Assembly (NCBI GenBank): GCA_965223705.1
Contig: OZ245015.1
Coordinates: 3,232,001-3,296,000, forward strand
Reading direction: 5' to 3'
DNA: 64,000 nucleotides
Origin: Myxococcota bacterium
GTDB taxonomy: Bacteria > Myxococcota_A > UBA9160 > UBA6930
Below, piece by piece: positions 20,410 to 29,550 of the stretch; position 1 is the stretch's first letter; each line of letters begins with the position of its first letter. Below the pieces are notes generated by a model, which saw nothing but the letters and a program-made list of their open reading frames with translations, did no database searches and was not told the DNA's origin. The translations under genes were made by a program, and so were the position numbers.

Positions 20410-21482
20410 CGCGCTCGCTCGAGGTCGAGTAGCCGTCTCTTACGCTCCTCGCCCCAACGGTAGCCGCCGAGCCCCCCGCTCTTCGGAACCACGCGATGAC
20501 ACGGCACGGCGAGAGCGACCGGGTTGGTCGCACACGCTCGCGCGACGGCGCGCACCGCCCTGGGATTGCCCAAGCGACGCGCGACATCACTGTAGGAAGC
20601 GGTCTCGCCTTCCGGAATGCGGGAGATCGCGTCCCACACCCGGCGTTGAAAGGCCGTAGCCCGGACATCGAGCGGTAGCGCCGGCAGTCGAGACGTCCCG
20701 GCGAGGTAGGCCAGCAGTGCCTCGAGCGGTTCTCGCAGGCCCGCTTCGCCGCGGCGAATGGACGCGCCGGGGAACTCGTCGCGCAGTTCCGCAACAAGCG
20801 CTCGTGCCCGCTCGCCGAGGCGTACAGCGCATAAGCCCCGTTCCGTACTCGCGACGAGCAGATAACCGCCGATCGGACTTCGAACGGTGACGTAGCGAAT
20901 CGCTTCTCCCGAGCCGCCCCGACGATAGGACGAGGGCGTCATGCCGAGGCGTGCGCGGTCCGTTTCGTAGGCGCGACTGGTCGAGCCGTATCCGGCCTCG
21001 AAGATCGCTTCGACGACCGAGCCTCCCCCTGCGAGCTGCTCCCGGAGGCAGCCTTGGCGAAGTGCGTCCGCGTACTGACGGGGCGAGATGCCGACGGCGC
21101 TCTTGAAGACGCGCTGAAAATGGCTCGGGCTCAACCCGACGAGGCCCCCGAGCTCCTCCAGCGTCGGAATCCGACCGGCATTCGTCTGGATGTGGCGACA
21201 CGCCGCGAGAATCTTCGCGAGCCCGGCGCCATCCGCCTCCGACGCGGGATCGCAGCGCTTGCAGGGCCGGAAGCCGGCAGCCTGGGCGCCCTCCGGGGTG
21301 TCGAAGAACCGCGCGTTCTCCCGCCGCGGACGCCGACTCGGGCACGTCGGTAGGCAGAAGACTCCGGTGGTCTCGACGGCATAGACAAAGGAAGCGACCC
21401 CGGACGCGTCGCGCCGAAGGACCGCGGACCAACGATCATCGTCCGTCTCGGTTCGATTCACGGGTAACAGAGAAGCGGCCAT
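20406..21482 (-). CDS. ada: Bifunctional Ada regulator / O6-methylguanine-DNA methyltransferase
   Basis: Zn site FCLPTC..PCKRC, AraC-type HTH (LSPSHFQRVFK) and the PCHRV active site. Confidence 0.95.
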   Translation of the reverse strand: MAASLLPVNRTETDDDRWSAVLRRDASGVASFVYAVETTGVFCLPTCPSRRPRRENARFFDTPEGAQAAGFRPCKRCDPASEADGAGLAKILAACRHIQTNAGRIPTLEELGGLVGLSPSHFQRVFKSAVGISPRQYADALRQGCLREQLAGGGSVVEAIFEAGYGSTSRAYETDRARLGMTPSSYRRGGSGEAIRYVTVRSPIGGYLLVASTERGLCAVRLGERARALVAELRDEFPGASIRRGEAGLREPLEALLAYLAGTSRLPALPLDVRATAFQRRVWDAISRIPEGETASYSDVARRLGNPRAVRAVARACATNPVALAVPCHRVVPKSGGLGGYRWGEERKRRLLDLERAR

Positions 21483-21564
21483 GGTGAGCTCCCTCGGAAT
21501 TCATGAGTCATTCTCGACCCACTCGGGAAGCGTGGAACATCTCCCAAATGAAGCGATCCGGTTC

Positions 21565-21577
21565 TTGCGATCGAATT
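21565..21577 (-). promoter_or_regulatory. Ada box
   Basis: The minus strand reads AAT-TCGATC-GCAA(GA), matching AAT-N6-GCAA, about 85 nt upstream of ada. Confidence 0.7.
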
Positions 21578-21623
21578 CAGGATAGCCCGGCTAGAATCGC
21601 GGTGACTGCCGAGGAGGAGCGCC

Positions 21624-22505
21624 ATGCCGGAAACCGGCCGATTCGAACTCCAGCCGATCGACGCGACTTTCGGAGCCATCCTCCGTGGACAGCGCTTGGC
21701 CGCGCTCGACGACGCGGGCTTTGCGGAGCTCTATGAGCTCTGGCTCGAGCACGCTCTGCTCATCTTCCCCGACCAATGGATGAGCAACGAGGAACAGATC
21801 GCCTTCGCGAAGCGCTTCGGCGAGCTCGAGTTCGACCTGGTGCCGATCAGCAACGTCAAGGAAGACGGCACGGTTCGCCCCGACGACAACCGCGATGACA
21901 TGATCAAGATCTTGAAAGGCAATATGGGTTGGCACTGCGACAGCACGTATATGCCGGTCCAAGCCAAGGGCGCCGTGTTTACCGCGCACGTCGTTCCCGA
22001 GGAAGGCGGAGAAACCGGTTGGGCCGACATGCGCGCGGCGTACGACGCGCTCGACCCCGAGACGCGCGAACGGATCGCATCTCTGTCGGCGTTCCATTCG
22101 CTGCACTACAGCCAATCCAAGATCGGACACGTCTTCGACAAGGAAAAGAGCGACTACGGCGGGTATGGCTTTCACGACCAGGATCCGCCGCTGCGACCGC
22201 TCGTCAAGGTCCACCCCGAAACGGGCCGGCGATCCCTGCTGATCGGACGACACGCCTTTGGCATTCCGGGAATGGATCCGGACGAGTCTGAAGAGTTTCT
22301 CGAGGAGCTCGCCGCGTTCGCGTGTCGGCCGCCTCGCGTCTACCAGCATATGTGGTCACCCGGAGACGCCGTGGTCTGGGACAACCGCTGTCTCATGCAC
22401 CAGGCGTGCCCCTGGGATATGACGAAGGCGCGCGTCATGTATCACGCGCGCATCGCGGGCGATCCCAAGAGCGAGTTCGCCGCGTCCGTTTCAACCGCGA
22501 ACTGA
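21624..22505 (+). CDS. TauD/TfdA-family 2OG dioxygenase
   Basis: WHCDSTY, PLVKVHPETGR and WDNRCLMH motifs. Confidence 0.93.
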   Translation: MPETGRFELQPIDATFGAILRGQRLAALDDAGFAELYELWLEHALLIFPDQWMSNEEQIAFAKRFGELEFDLVPISNVKEDGTVRPDDNRDDMIKILKGNMGWHCDSTYMPVQAKGAVFTAHVVPEEGGETGWADMRAAYDALDPETRERIASLSAFHSLHYSQSKIGHVFDKEKSDYGGYGFHDQDPPLRPLVKVHPETGRRSLLIGRHAFGIPGMDPDESEEFLEELAAFACRPPRVYQHMWSPGDAVVWDNRCLMHQACPWDMTKARVMYHARIAGDPKSEFAASVSTAN

Positions 22506-22519
22506 ATGAGGAGCCTCCC

Positions 22520-23380
22520 GTGAAGCTGGGTGTCATGAGTTTCAATACCGAGTACTCGATCCGGGCCGACGAGCTCGCCGTCGAAGCCGAAGCGCGCGGC
22601 TTCGAATCGGTTTGGTTCCCCGAGCACACACACATCCCGGCGGGTCGGAAGACGCCCTACCCGGCGGGAGGTCCTCTCCCGAAGGAATATGTCCACATGT
22701 CGGATCCCTTTGTGAGCGCCGGGGCCGCGGCTGTCGTGACGACGACCTTGAAGATCGGAACGGGCGTCACGTTGATCCCGCAGCACGAGCCCCTCGCGTT
22801 GGCGAAGACGATCGCCACCGTCGACCGACTCGCCGAAGGTCGATTTCTCCTCGGCGTCGGGGCGGGTTGGAACCAAGACGAGATGGAGAACCACGGCGTT
22901 CGGTACGAAGAACGCTGGGCGGTGTGCATCGAGCACTTGGAAGCGCTCAAGGTGCTATGGACCGAAAAAGAGGCGTCGTACCACGGAAAGTACGTGGACT
23001 TCGACCGGGTATGGTCCTACCCGAAGCCGTATCAGGACCCCCATCCGCCGATCATTCTCGGCACGATGCCCTCCAAATACGGCCGCGCCCGGGCGGCGAA
23101 ACACGCGGACGGGTGGATCCCCGTCGGCGCTCTCCACGACAACATCGAGGCGGATATCGAGGACATGCACGACGCGTTGCGTGCGAACGGGAGAGATCCG
23201 AAGGATTTTCCGATCTCGATGTTCGACATTCTCGAGACATCCGAAGAAGACCTCAAACGGTACGCCGAGATCGGCTGTATCGAGCGTGCCATCCCGCGCT
23301 GCCCCACGGAAGACAAGGACACCGTCCTTCGTTGGCTCGATCGGTACGCGAAGATCGGCGCCGTGATTGGAGCGATGTGA
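22520..23380 (+). CDS. LLM-class putative F420-dependent oxidoreductase (Rv2161c-like)
   Basis: GFESVWFPEHTHIP, DPFV, GAGWNQDEM and PKPYQDPHPP motifs; SD GAGGAG before GTG22520. Confidence 0.9.
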   Translation: MKLGVMSFNTEYSIRADELAVEAEARGFESVWFPEHTHIPAGRKTPYPAGGPLPKEYVHMSDPFVSAGAAAVVTTTLKIGTGVTLIPQHEPLALAKTIATVDRLAEGRFLLGVGAGWNQDEMENHGVRYEERWAVCIEHLEALKVLWTEKEASYHGKYVDFDRVWSYPKPYQDPHPPIILGTMPSKYGRARAAKHADGWIPVGALHDNIEADIEDMHDALRANGRDPKDFPISMFDILETSEEDLKRYAEIGCIERAIPRCPTEDKDTVLRWLDRYAKIGAVIGAM

Positions 23381-24591
23381 ACTTCGAACTCAGTGACAAA
23401 GTGCAGGCTCTCCGGTTCCAGGTGGAGCAATTCATGCAGGAGCACGTCTACCCGCACGAGCTCGAGTACTACGCGTGGACCGACGACCAATCGAATCTTT
23501 GGACGTATCCGCCTTTCTTCGAAGGCCTGAAACAGAAGGCGAAGTCCGCCGGCATCTGGAACTGGTTTCTTCCGGCGGAATACGAGGACTGGAGCCCCGG
23601 GCTCACGAACGCCGAGTTCGCCCCGATCATGGAAGTCATGAGCCGCGTCCCGTGGGCCCAAGAAGTGTTCAACTGCAGTGCCCCCGACCGCGGCAACATG
23701 GAGGTGTTGGCGAAATACGGGACGAAAGACCAGCAAGAGCAGTGGCTCAAACCGCTGCTCGAAGGGGAGATCCGCTCGGCGTTCGCGATGACGGAACCCG
23801 CCGTCGCTTCCTCGGACGCGACGAACCTCGAGTGCGAAATCCGCCGCGACGGAAGCGACTACGTCATCAACGGACGGAAGTGGTGGACGAGCAACATCTA
23901 CAACCCGAACTGCCGATTGATGATTTTGATGGGGGTGACCGACCCGGACGCGCCGCGGCACAACCGCCAGTCGACCATCATCGTCCCCGTCGACACGCCG
24001 GGCGTCGAGCGGGTCCGGCCCCTCTACGCGCTCGGTCACTACGATTCACCCGGCGGCCACGGTGAGGTTCAACTCACCGACGTCCGGGTGCCCGCCGAAA
24101 ACCTGATCCTCGGTGAGGGTCGCGGGTTTGAGATTGCTCAAGGGCGACTCGGCCCGGGCCGCTTTCAGTACGCGATGATGTTCGTGGGCATGGCGGAACG
24201 CTGTCTCGAACTCATGTGCCAGCGGGTCACCGAACGCGTGGCCTTCGGCGAGCCGCTGGGCGCCAAGACGAGTATCCAGCACGACATCGCGCGATCTCGA
24301 AGCGAAATCGAACAATGTCGCCTGCTGGTTCTCGCAGCCGCGGACACGATGGATCGCGAGGGCATCAAGAGCGCTCGGGACTACGTGTCGATGGTGAAGA
24401 TCGTCGCACCGGAAATGTGCAACCGTGTAGCCGATCGCGCGATGCAGGCCTTCGGAGGCATGGGCGTGTGCCAAGACACGCCCATCGCGCAAATCCACGC
24501 CCTGAGCCGCTTTTGTCGCATCGCCGACGGTCCCGACGAAGTCCACATGTCTCAGCTCGGCAAACGAACGATCCGAGCCCGGGCGGTCTGA
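23377..24591 (+). CDS. Acyl-CoA dehydrogenase (ACAD10/11-like)
   Basis: FNCSAPDRGNMEVL, FAMTEPAVASSDA, AQGRLGPGR and RIADGPDEVH motifs. Confidence 0.93.
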   Translation: MNFELSDKVQALRFQVEQFMQEHVYPHELEYYAWTDDQSNLWTYPPFFEGLKQKAKSAGIWNWFLPAEYEDWSPGLTNAEFAPIMEVMSRVPWAQEVFNCSAPDRGNMEVLAKYGTKDQQEQWLKPLLEGEIRSAFAMTEPAVASSDATNLECEIRRDGSDYVINGRKWWTSNIYNPNCRLMILMGVTDPDAPRHNRQSTIIVPVDTPGVERVRPLYALGHYDSPGGHGEVQLTDVRVPAENLILGEGRGFEIAQGRLGPGRFQYAMMFVGMAERCLELMCQRVTERVAFGEPLGAKTSIQHDIARSRSEIEQCRLLVLAAADTMDREGIKSARDYVSMVKIVAPEMCNRVADRAMQAFGGMGVCQDTPIAQIHALSRFCRIADGPDEVHMSQLGKRTIRARAV

Positions 24592-24645
24592 AATGGGCTT
24601 GCCCTCGGTCCGCGTCCTCGGCAAGATCGAAGTGGAGGTTTATCG

Positions 24646-25410
24646 ATGAGCATGCCCCCGAGCGGCGAGACAAGCGGAGCGCCGGTTCCGCCCCACGCGC
24701 CGCTCCCGCGTTACTATGAGAGCGACGAGACACGTAGCCCCTACGTCATTGATCTTTTCAACAAGACCGCACACCACTACAACACGATCGAGGCGCTGCT
24801 GCTGAACGGCGGGCTCTGGTATCGCTACTACGCGTTGCGTCGAGCCGGCCTGCGAAAGGGCATGAAAGTGCTCGACGTCGCCATCGGTACCGCGGCGGTG
24901 GCTCGAGGCGCCACGCGTCTGGTCGGGCCTACGGGAAAGGTCTACGGCGTCGATCCGAGCCCGGGCATGCTGAAAGAAGCGAAAAAGAACTTCGACGGGC
25001 CGCTCACCCGGGGTTTTGCCGAGACGCTCCCCTTTCGCAGTGACTTCTTCGACTTCGTGACCATGGGCATCGCACTGCGCCACGTCTCGGACTTGCGCAA
25101 GACCTTTGCCGAATACCACCGCGTTCTGAAGCCCGGCGGCAAAGTCTGGATCCTCGAAGGGCACTCTCCCGAGAACCCCGTCGGCAATCGGGTGACCCGG
25201 TTCTTCATGGGGCGCGTCGTGCCGGGCATGACCTACCTGGCCACGCGCAGCCAGGAGGCCAAGACCTTCATGGAATTCTACTGGGACACCGTGGAACAGA
25301 GCGTCCGACCGGAGAAAATTCTCGAGACTATGTCCGACGTCGGTTTTGACCAGCCGAACCTGCGCGTGGTTTCGCCGGTGTGCGAATACACCGCGACAAA
25401 GCCCCTCTAA
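24646..25410 (+). CDS. Class I SAM methyltransferase, UbiE/MenG-like
   Basis: VLDVAIGTA, GVDPSPGML and RVLKPGG motifs. Confidence 0.85.
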   Translation: MSMPPSGETSGAPVPPHAPLPRYYESDETRSPYVIDLFNKTAHHYNTIEALLLNGGLWYRYYALRRAGLRKGMKVLDVAIGTAAVARGATRLVGPTGKVYGVDPSPGMLKEAKKNFDGPLTRGFAETLPFRSDFFDFVTMGIALRHVSDLRKTFAEYHRVLKPGGKVWILEGHSPENPVGNRVTRFFMGRVVPGMTYLATRSQEAKTFMEFYWDTVEQSVRPEKILETMSDVGFDQPNLRVVSPVCEYTATKPL

Positions 25411-25438
25411 TCCGCGCCAACCGATCGAGGAGAACACG

Positions 25439-27529
25439 ATGCGTACGGGAATTCGTCAACTGGCTCTGGCCGCACTGGTCTTGGCCGGTCCCTGGGTCGC
25501 CGGCGGGGCAACCGTCGTCGACGACGCAGCCATCGCCGACGAGTCGGACGGCGCGAACTGGCTCGCGTACGGCAAGACGCACAGCGAGAAGCGCTACAGC
25601 CCGCTGTCGCAAATCAATCTCGAGACGGTCTCCGGCCTCGGGCTCGAGTGGTTCCTCGACCTTCCGATCGATCGCACGCTCATCGGGACGCCGCTCGCCG
25701 TCGACGGCGTGCTCTATTTCACCGGCAGCTACAGCCGCACGCGAGCCGTCGATGCGAAGACCGGGAAGCTCCTCTGGACCTACGACCCCGAGTCGACGAA
25801 ACACGCGGGCGATCGACTTCGCATCATGTGGGATTCGAGCCGTGGTCTCGCTTTTTGGAAAGGCAAAGTCATCATCGCCACGATCGACGGGCGATTGGTC
25901 GCGATCGACGCGAAGACCGGGAAGAAGGTCTGGGAGACCATGACCATCGACCCCGAGAAGGCGTACTACATCACGGGCGCTCCGAAGGTCTTTCGCGACA
26001 AGGTCATCATCGGGAACGGCGGCACGGAGTTCGAGGCGGCGCGGGGCTACGTGACGGCGTACGACGCCGCGACCGGCGAGCTTGCGTGGCGCTTCTATAT
26101 CGTACCGGGCAATCCCGCCGACGGCTTCGAGAACAAGGCCATGGAGATGGCGGCAAAGACCTGGACCGGCGAGTGGTGGAAGCTCGGCGGCGGCGGCAAT
26201 ACCTGGAACGGCATCACCTACGACCCCGAGTACAACCAGATCATTATGGGAACCGGCAACGGCTCTCCCTGGAACCGCAAGGTGCGAAGCCCCGGCGGCG
26301 GCGACAACTTGTTTCTCTGCTCGCTGGTTGCCGTCGACGCGGACACCGGCGAATACAAGTGGCACTACCAGACGGTCCCGGGCGAGACCTGGGACTACAA
26401 CTCCAATATGGACGTCGTCCTGGCCGATCTCGAGATCGGTGGAGAAACCGTCAAGGCGCTCATGCACGCTCCGAAGAACGGTTTCTTCTACGTGATCGAC
26501 CGGAAGGACGGGAAGCTGATCTCCGCCGAGAAGATTGCGAAAGTCACCTGGGCTTCGCACATCGATCTCGAAACCGGGCGTCCCGTCGAAAACCCGGACG
26601 CGCGGTACGAGGATGGGGAAGCCGTGGTCTGGCCGAGCCCGTACGGCGCCCACAGCTGGCACGCCATGTCCTTCAACCCCAACACCGGGCTCGCATACAT
26701 TCCGATCATCGAGCTGCCGGGCCTGTTCCGGGATGCGGACATCGACCTCAAAGAGTACACCCCGCCGAGCTTCACGATCGAAGTCGGCGTGGAGTTCGGT
26801 CTATCGCTCGACCCAGGAGACGAAGGCACCGCGTCCCTGATGGCGTGGGATCCCATCCGCCACAAGAAGGTGTGGACGGTCCCGCTTCCCAACAACTGGA
26901 ACCCCGGAACCATGACCACAGCGGGCGATCTCGTGTTCCAGGGTCGCGCCGATAGCGAGTTCGTGGCGTACAACGCGCGGACGGGCGAAACCGTGTGGTC
27001 GCAGCGACTGGGAACTGGGATCTCGGCGCCGCCGATCACCTACAGCGTCGACGGCAAACAGTACATCTCGATCCTCGCGGGCTGGGGAGGAGCCGGCCCC
27101 GCACTCGGAGGGGTTCTCCACAACCAGCACGGTTGGGCCTACCGGGCTCACCCGCGACGCCTTTTCACCTTCGCGCTGGGCGGCGATACACCGATGCCAC
27201 CGTCGCCGCCTCCCGTCATTCCGACGCCGGTCGACGTAGCGGACTTTGAGATTGACGAAGCGCTCGCAAACGCCGGTTCGGAGATCTACAACGACACTTG
27301 TGTCATCTGCCACGGCGGCGGCGTGATCTCCGGAGGCAAAGCGCCCGACCTGCGGGCATCGCAGGTCTCACTGAAGCTCGACTCGTTTCGGGAAGTCGTA
27401 CGCGCGGGACGTCGCCCGCTCGGCATGCCGCACTACCCCGAGCTGAGCGACCAGGAGATCGAGGGCATCTTCCACTACGTGCGCCAACAAGCGCGGGTCG
27501 GCCTTCAAACCGCTTCGACCGCGCCTTAG
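25439..27529 (+). CDS. PQQ-dependent quinohemoprotein dehydrogenase (type II) with C-terminal cytochrome c
   Basis: Signal peptide, RYSPLSQIN, repeated W-docking motifs, GTGNGSPW, WDYN and the heme motif CVICH. Confidence 0.93.
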   Translation: MRTGIRQLALAALVLAGPWVAGGATVVDDAAIADESDGANWLAYGKTHSEKRYSPLSQINLETVSGLGLEWFLDLPIDRTLIGTPLAVDGVLYFTGSYSRTRAVDAKTGKLLWTYDPESTKHAGDRLRIMWDSSRGLAFWKGKVIIATIDGRLVAIDAKTGKKVWETMTIDPEKAYYITGAPKVFRDKVIIGNGGTEFEAARGYVTAYDAATGELAWRFYIVPGNPADGFENKAMEMAAKTWTGEWWKLGGGGNTWNGITYDPEYNQIIMGTGNGSPWNRKVRSPGGGDNLFLCSLVAVDADTGEYKWHYQTVPGETWDYNSNMDVVLADLEIGGETVKALMHAPKNGFFYVIDRKDGKLISAEKIAKVTWASHIDLETGRPVENPDARYEDGEAVVWPSPYGAHSWHAMSFNPNTGLAYIPIIELPGLFRDADIDLKEYTPPSFTIEVGVEFGLSLDPGDEGTASLMAWDPIRHKKVWTVPLPNNWNPGTMTTAGDLVFQGRADSEFVAYNARTGETVWSQRLGTGISAPPITYSVDGKQYISILAGWGGAGPALGGVLHNQHGWAYRAHPRRLFTFALGGDTPMPPSPPPVIPTPVDVADFEIDEALANAGSEIYNDTCVICHGGGVISGGKAPDLRASQVSLKLDSFREVVRAGRRPLGMPHYPELSDQEIEGIFHYVRQQARVGLQTASTAP

Positions 27530-28392
27530 CAGCTCGTGCTCAGTTGTCGCATCACGCGGCGACCACTCGGGTCGAAGGCGTCGCGGCGGTGCAACGCGCC
27601 GAGTGTGTCAAAGACGACGAGATCGCCGACTTCCCATTCGTGCGAATAGATGGCGTCCGGCTGCGTCGAGTGAAGATGGAGCTCTTTGAGTAGCGCACTG
27701 CTCTCGTCGCGCGGCATTCCGAGTATGCCCCGCGTCGCGCCCTTGCTCACGTAGAGTAGCTCGCGACCGGTTTTCGGATGGCGCATCACCACCGGATGCT
27801 CGGCCTCGGGAATCGGTGGGCGCTCGACGCCTTCCCGCTCGTCCCGCTCGCGCTTGGCTTCATAGCCCGGAGAGAGATCGGAATCGCCGGAGTAGTAGGT
27901 CGAAATGCTGTGGCGCGCTCGGAGCTTCCGCAACATTCGTACCTTCTCTTCTGGGAGGTCCTCGAGCGCGCGATACTGACTGCAGAAGTGGGTGCGCGGC
28001 CCGTCCTGCGGGAGTTCAACGGCGTTGAGGAAGCTCTCGAGGCCGGGTTTCGGCACATAGGAGTAATCCGCGTGCCATTCGAGCTCGGCCGAGCCGCCTG
28101 TTCCCAGCGGAATGCCGTCTTCTCCCAGCGCGTTGCTCACGGGCAAGATCTCCGGACGTTCTCCAGAATCGCGAAACCACTCCGACCCCTTGATCAGCGG
28201 ACCGAAGCTCGCGGCAAACCGCGCCAACGCTTCGTCGCTCGGCTGGGCATGTCCACGGAAGACGAGGACCAAGTGATCGCGAAGTCCCGCCTCGATCGTC
28301 GCGCGCGTGTCCGCGTCGAGTAGCTCTTCCGGTTGCCAGCCTTCGACCTGTGCCCCCAGCGGCCCGTCGAGCTTCGTGATGTGGAGTTGCAT
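27526..28392 (-). CDS. TauD/TfdA-family 2OG dioxygenase
   Basis: WHADYSY, HPVVMRHPKTGR and FDTLGALHRR motifs; ATG28392 overlaps the upstream TGA. Confidence 0.9.
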   Translation of the reverse strand: MQLHITKLDGPLGAQVEGWQPEELLDADTRATIEAGLRDHLVLVFRGHAQPSDEALARFAASFGPLIKGSEWFRDSGERPEILPVSNALGEDGIPLGTGGSAELEWHADYSYVPKPGLESFLNAVELPQDGPRTHFCSQYRALEDLPEEKVRMLRKLRARHSISTYYSGDSDLSPGYEAKRERDEREGVERPPIPEAEHPVVMRHPKTGRELLYVSKGATRGILGMPRDESSALLKELHLHSTQPDAIYSHEWEVGDLVVFDTLGALHRRDAFDPSGRRVMRQLSTSC

Positions 28393-29024
28393 CAAAACGA
28401 CCCCTTTGACTTTTGCAGTTGCTCGTATTCCTCCATCGTCAACACGCCGGCCTCGCGAACCCTTTCTTTTTCGTCGCCTTGGAGGACATCTTGGAACATT
28501 TCGATGCGTTTCCACGGAGCGACCGGTTGCGGTACCCCCGGGCGCGGGACGTGCTCGGACGCCTCGAGCTTCTTGTAACGATGGATATAGCGGGGACAGT
28601 TGATGAAGACCTCTTCGACCGACACTCGAACGGCAAGCGCCCCGTCTCGGGTCGAGACCCGTGCCGAACCGTGGACGCGGATTCGGTGGGGTTGCTCGAA
28701 ATCTATGAACAGCAGACCGACCTTGCCGTTCGTCGCGACGTTCCCGGTGGAGAGGTACATCCCGTTCCCATCGAAGATGGGAAACTCGAGGGTCTTTCGA
28801 TCGGTCACGGCCACGAAACCGGGATCACCGCCTTTATAGGAAACGGTGGGCATCCCCCGTTCATCGATGGTCGAGAGAAAGAACATGTCACGGGATTCGA
28901 TAAAGGCCCGCTCTTCATCGCTCACGAAATCGTGCACGGTGATCGAAGCGACGCGATCCGCGAGCGCACGCGAACCGAACTGATCTTGCAGAGCGCGTTG
29001 CTGTGGCGAGTAGAAATTGCTCAT
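28392..29024 (-). CDS. Pyridoxamine 5'-phosphate oxidase-like FMN-binding protein
   Basis: MFFLST..PTVSYKGGDPGFV..DGNGMYLSTGN..VGLLFIDF..NCPRYIH. Confidence 0.88.
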   Translation of the reverse strand: MSNFYSPQQRALQDQFGSRALADRVASITVHDFVSDEERAFIESRDMFFLSTIDERGMPTVSYKGGDPGFVAVTDRKTLEFPIFDGNGMYLSTGNVATNGKVGLLFIDFEQPHRIRVHGSARVSTRDGALAVRVSVEEVFINCPRYIHRYKKLEASEHVPRPGVPQPVAPWKRIEMFQDVLQGDEKERVREAGVLTMEEYEQLQKSKGSF

Positions 29025-29143
29025 CGGATGCCTCCGATGGACAGGGTACCGAAACCCGTTCGGCGTGGGATTCGCCTCCTCGGCTTTCCGTCCGGAGCCC
29101 CCGTCCCCTATAGTCCCCGACAGACGCTTCGCAAGGAGACGCC

Positions 29144-29539
29144 GTGGCCGATCAAATCCCGTTCGTCGACTACCTGGTTCTGGGAGACTCCCCGCATCTC
29201 GTGGCGCAAGAGTGCGAATCCTGTGGCGCTCGTTTCTTCGACCGGCGCAACGCCTGCGCGTCCTGTTCCGGGACCGCATTTCGCGCGGTCGATATCGCGA
29301 CGCACGGCGAGGTCCGTTCTTTTACCATCGTCGCGTTCGCGGCGCCGGGAATCGAGGTTCCGTTCGTCTCCGCGATCATCGATTGTGACGGCACCAGCGT
29401 TCGCGCCAACCTCGTGAACGTCGAGCCCGATCCCGACCACGTCAAGTTGGGTATGCCGGTTCGCCTCACAACCTTCCCCATCGGCGCCGATCAAGAAGGC
29501 GTCGAAGCAATCAATTTCGGCTTCGAGCCGGCGGCCTAG
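29144..29539 (+). CDS. Zn-ribbon/OB-fold (DUF35) protein
   Basis: CESC..CASC..GEVRSFTIV..VKLGMPVRL. Confidence 0.9.
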   Translation: MADQIPFVDYLVLGDSPHLVAQECESCGARFFDRRNACASCSGTAFRAVDIATHGEVRSFTIVAFAAPGIEVPFVSAIIDCDGTSVRANLVNVEPDPDHVKLGMPVRLTTFPIGADQEGVEAINFGFEPAA

Positions 29540-29550
29540 AGGAGCGCATC

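Noticed and set aside
24646..25410. Assigning ubiE/menG
   Set aside because: The similarity is family-level only and there is no quinone-pathway context.
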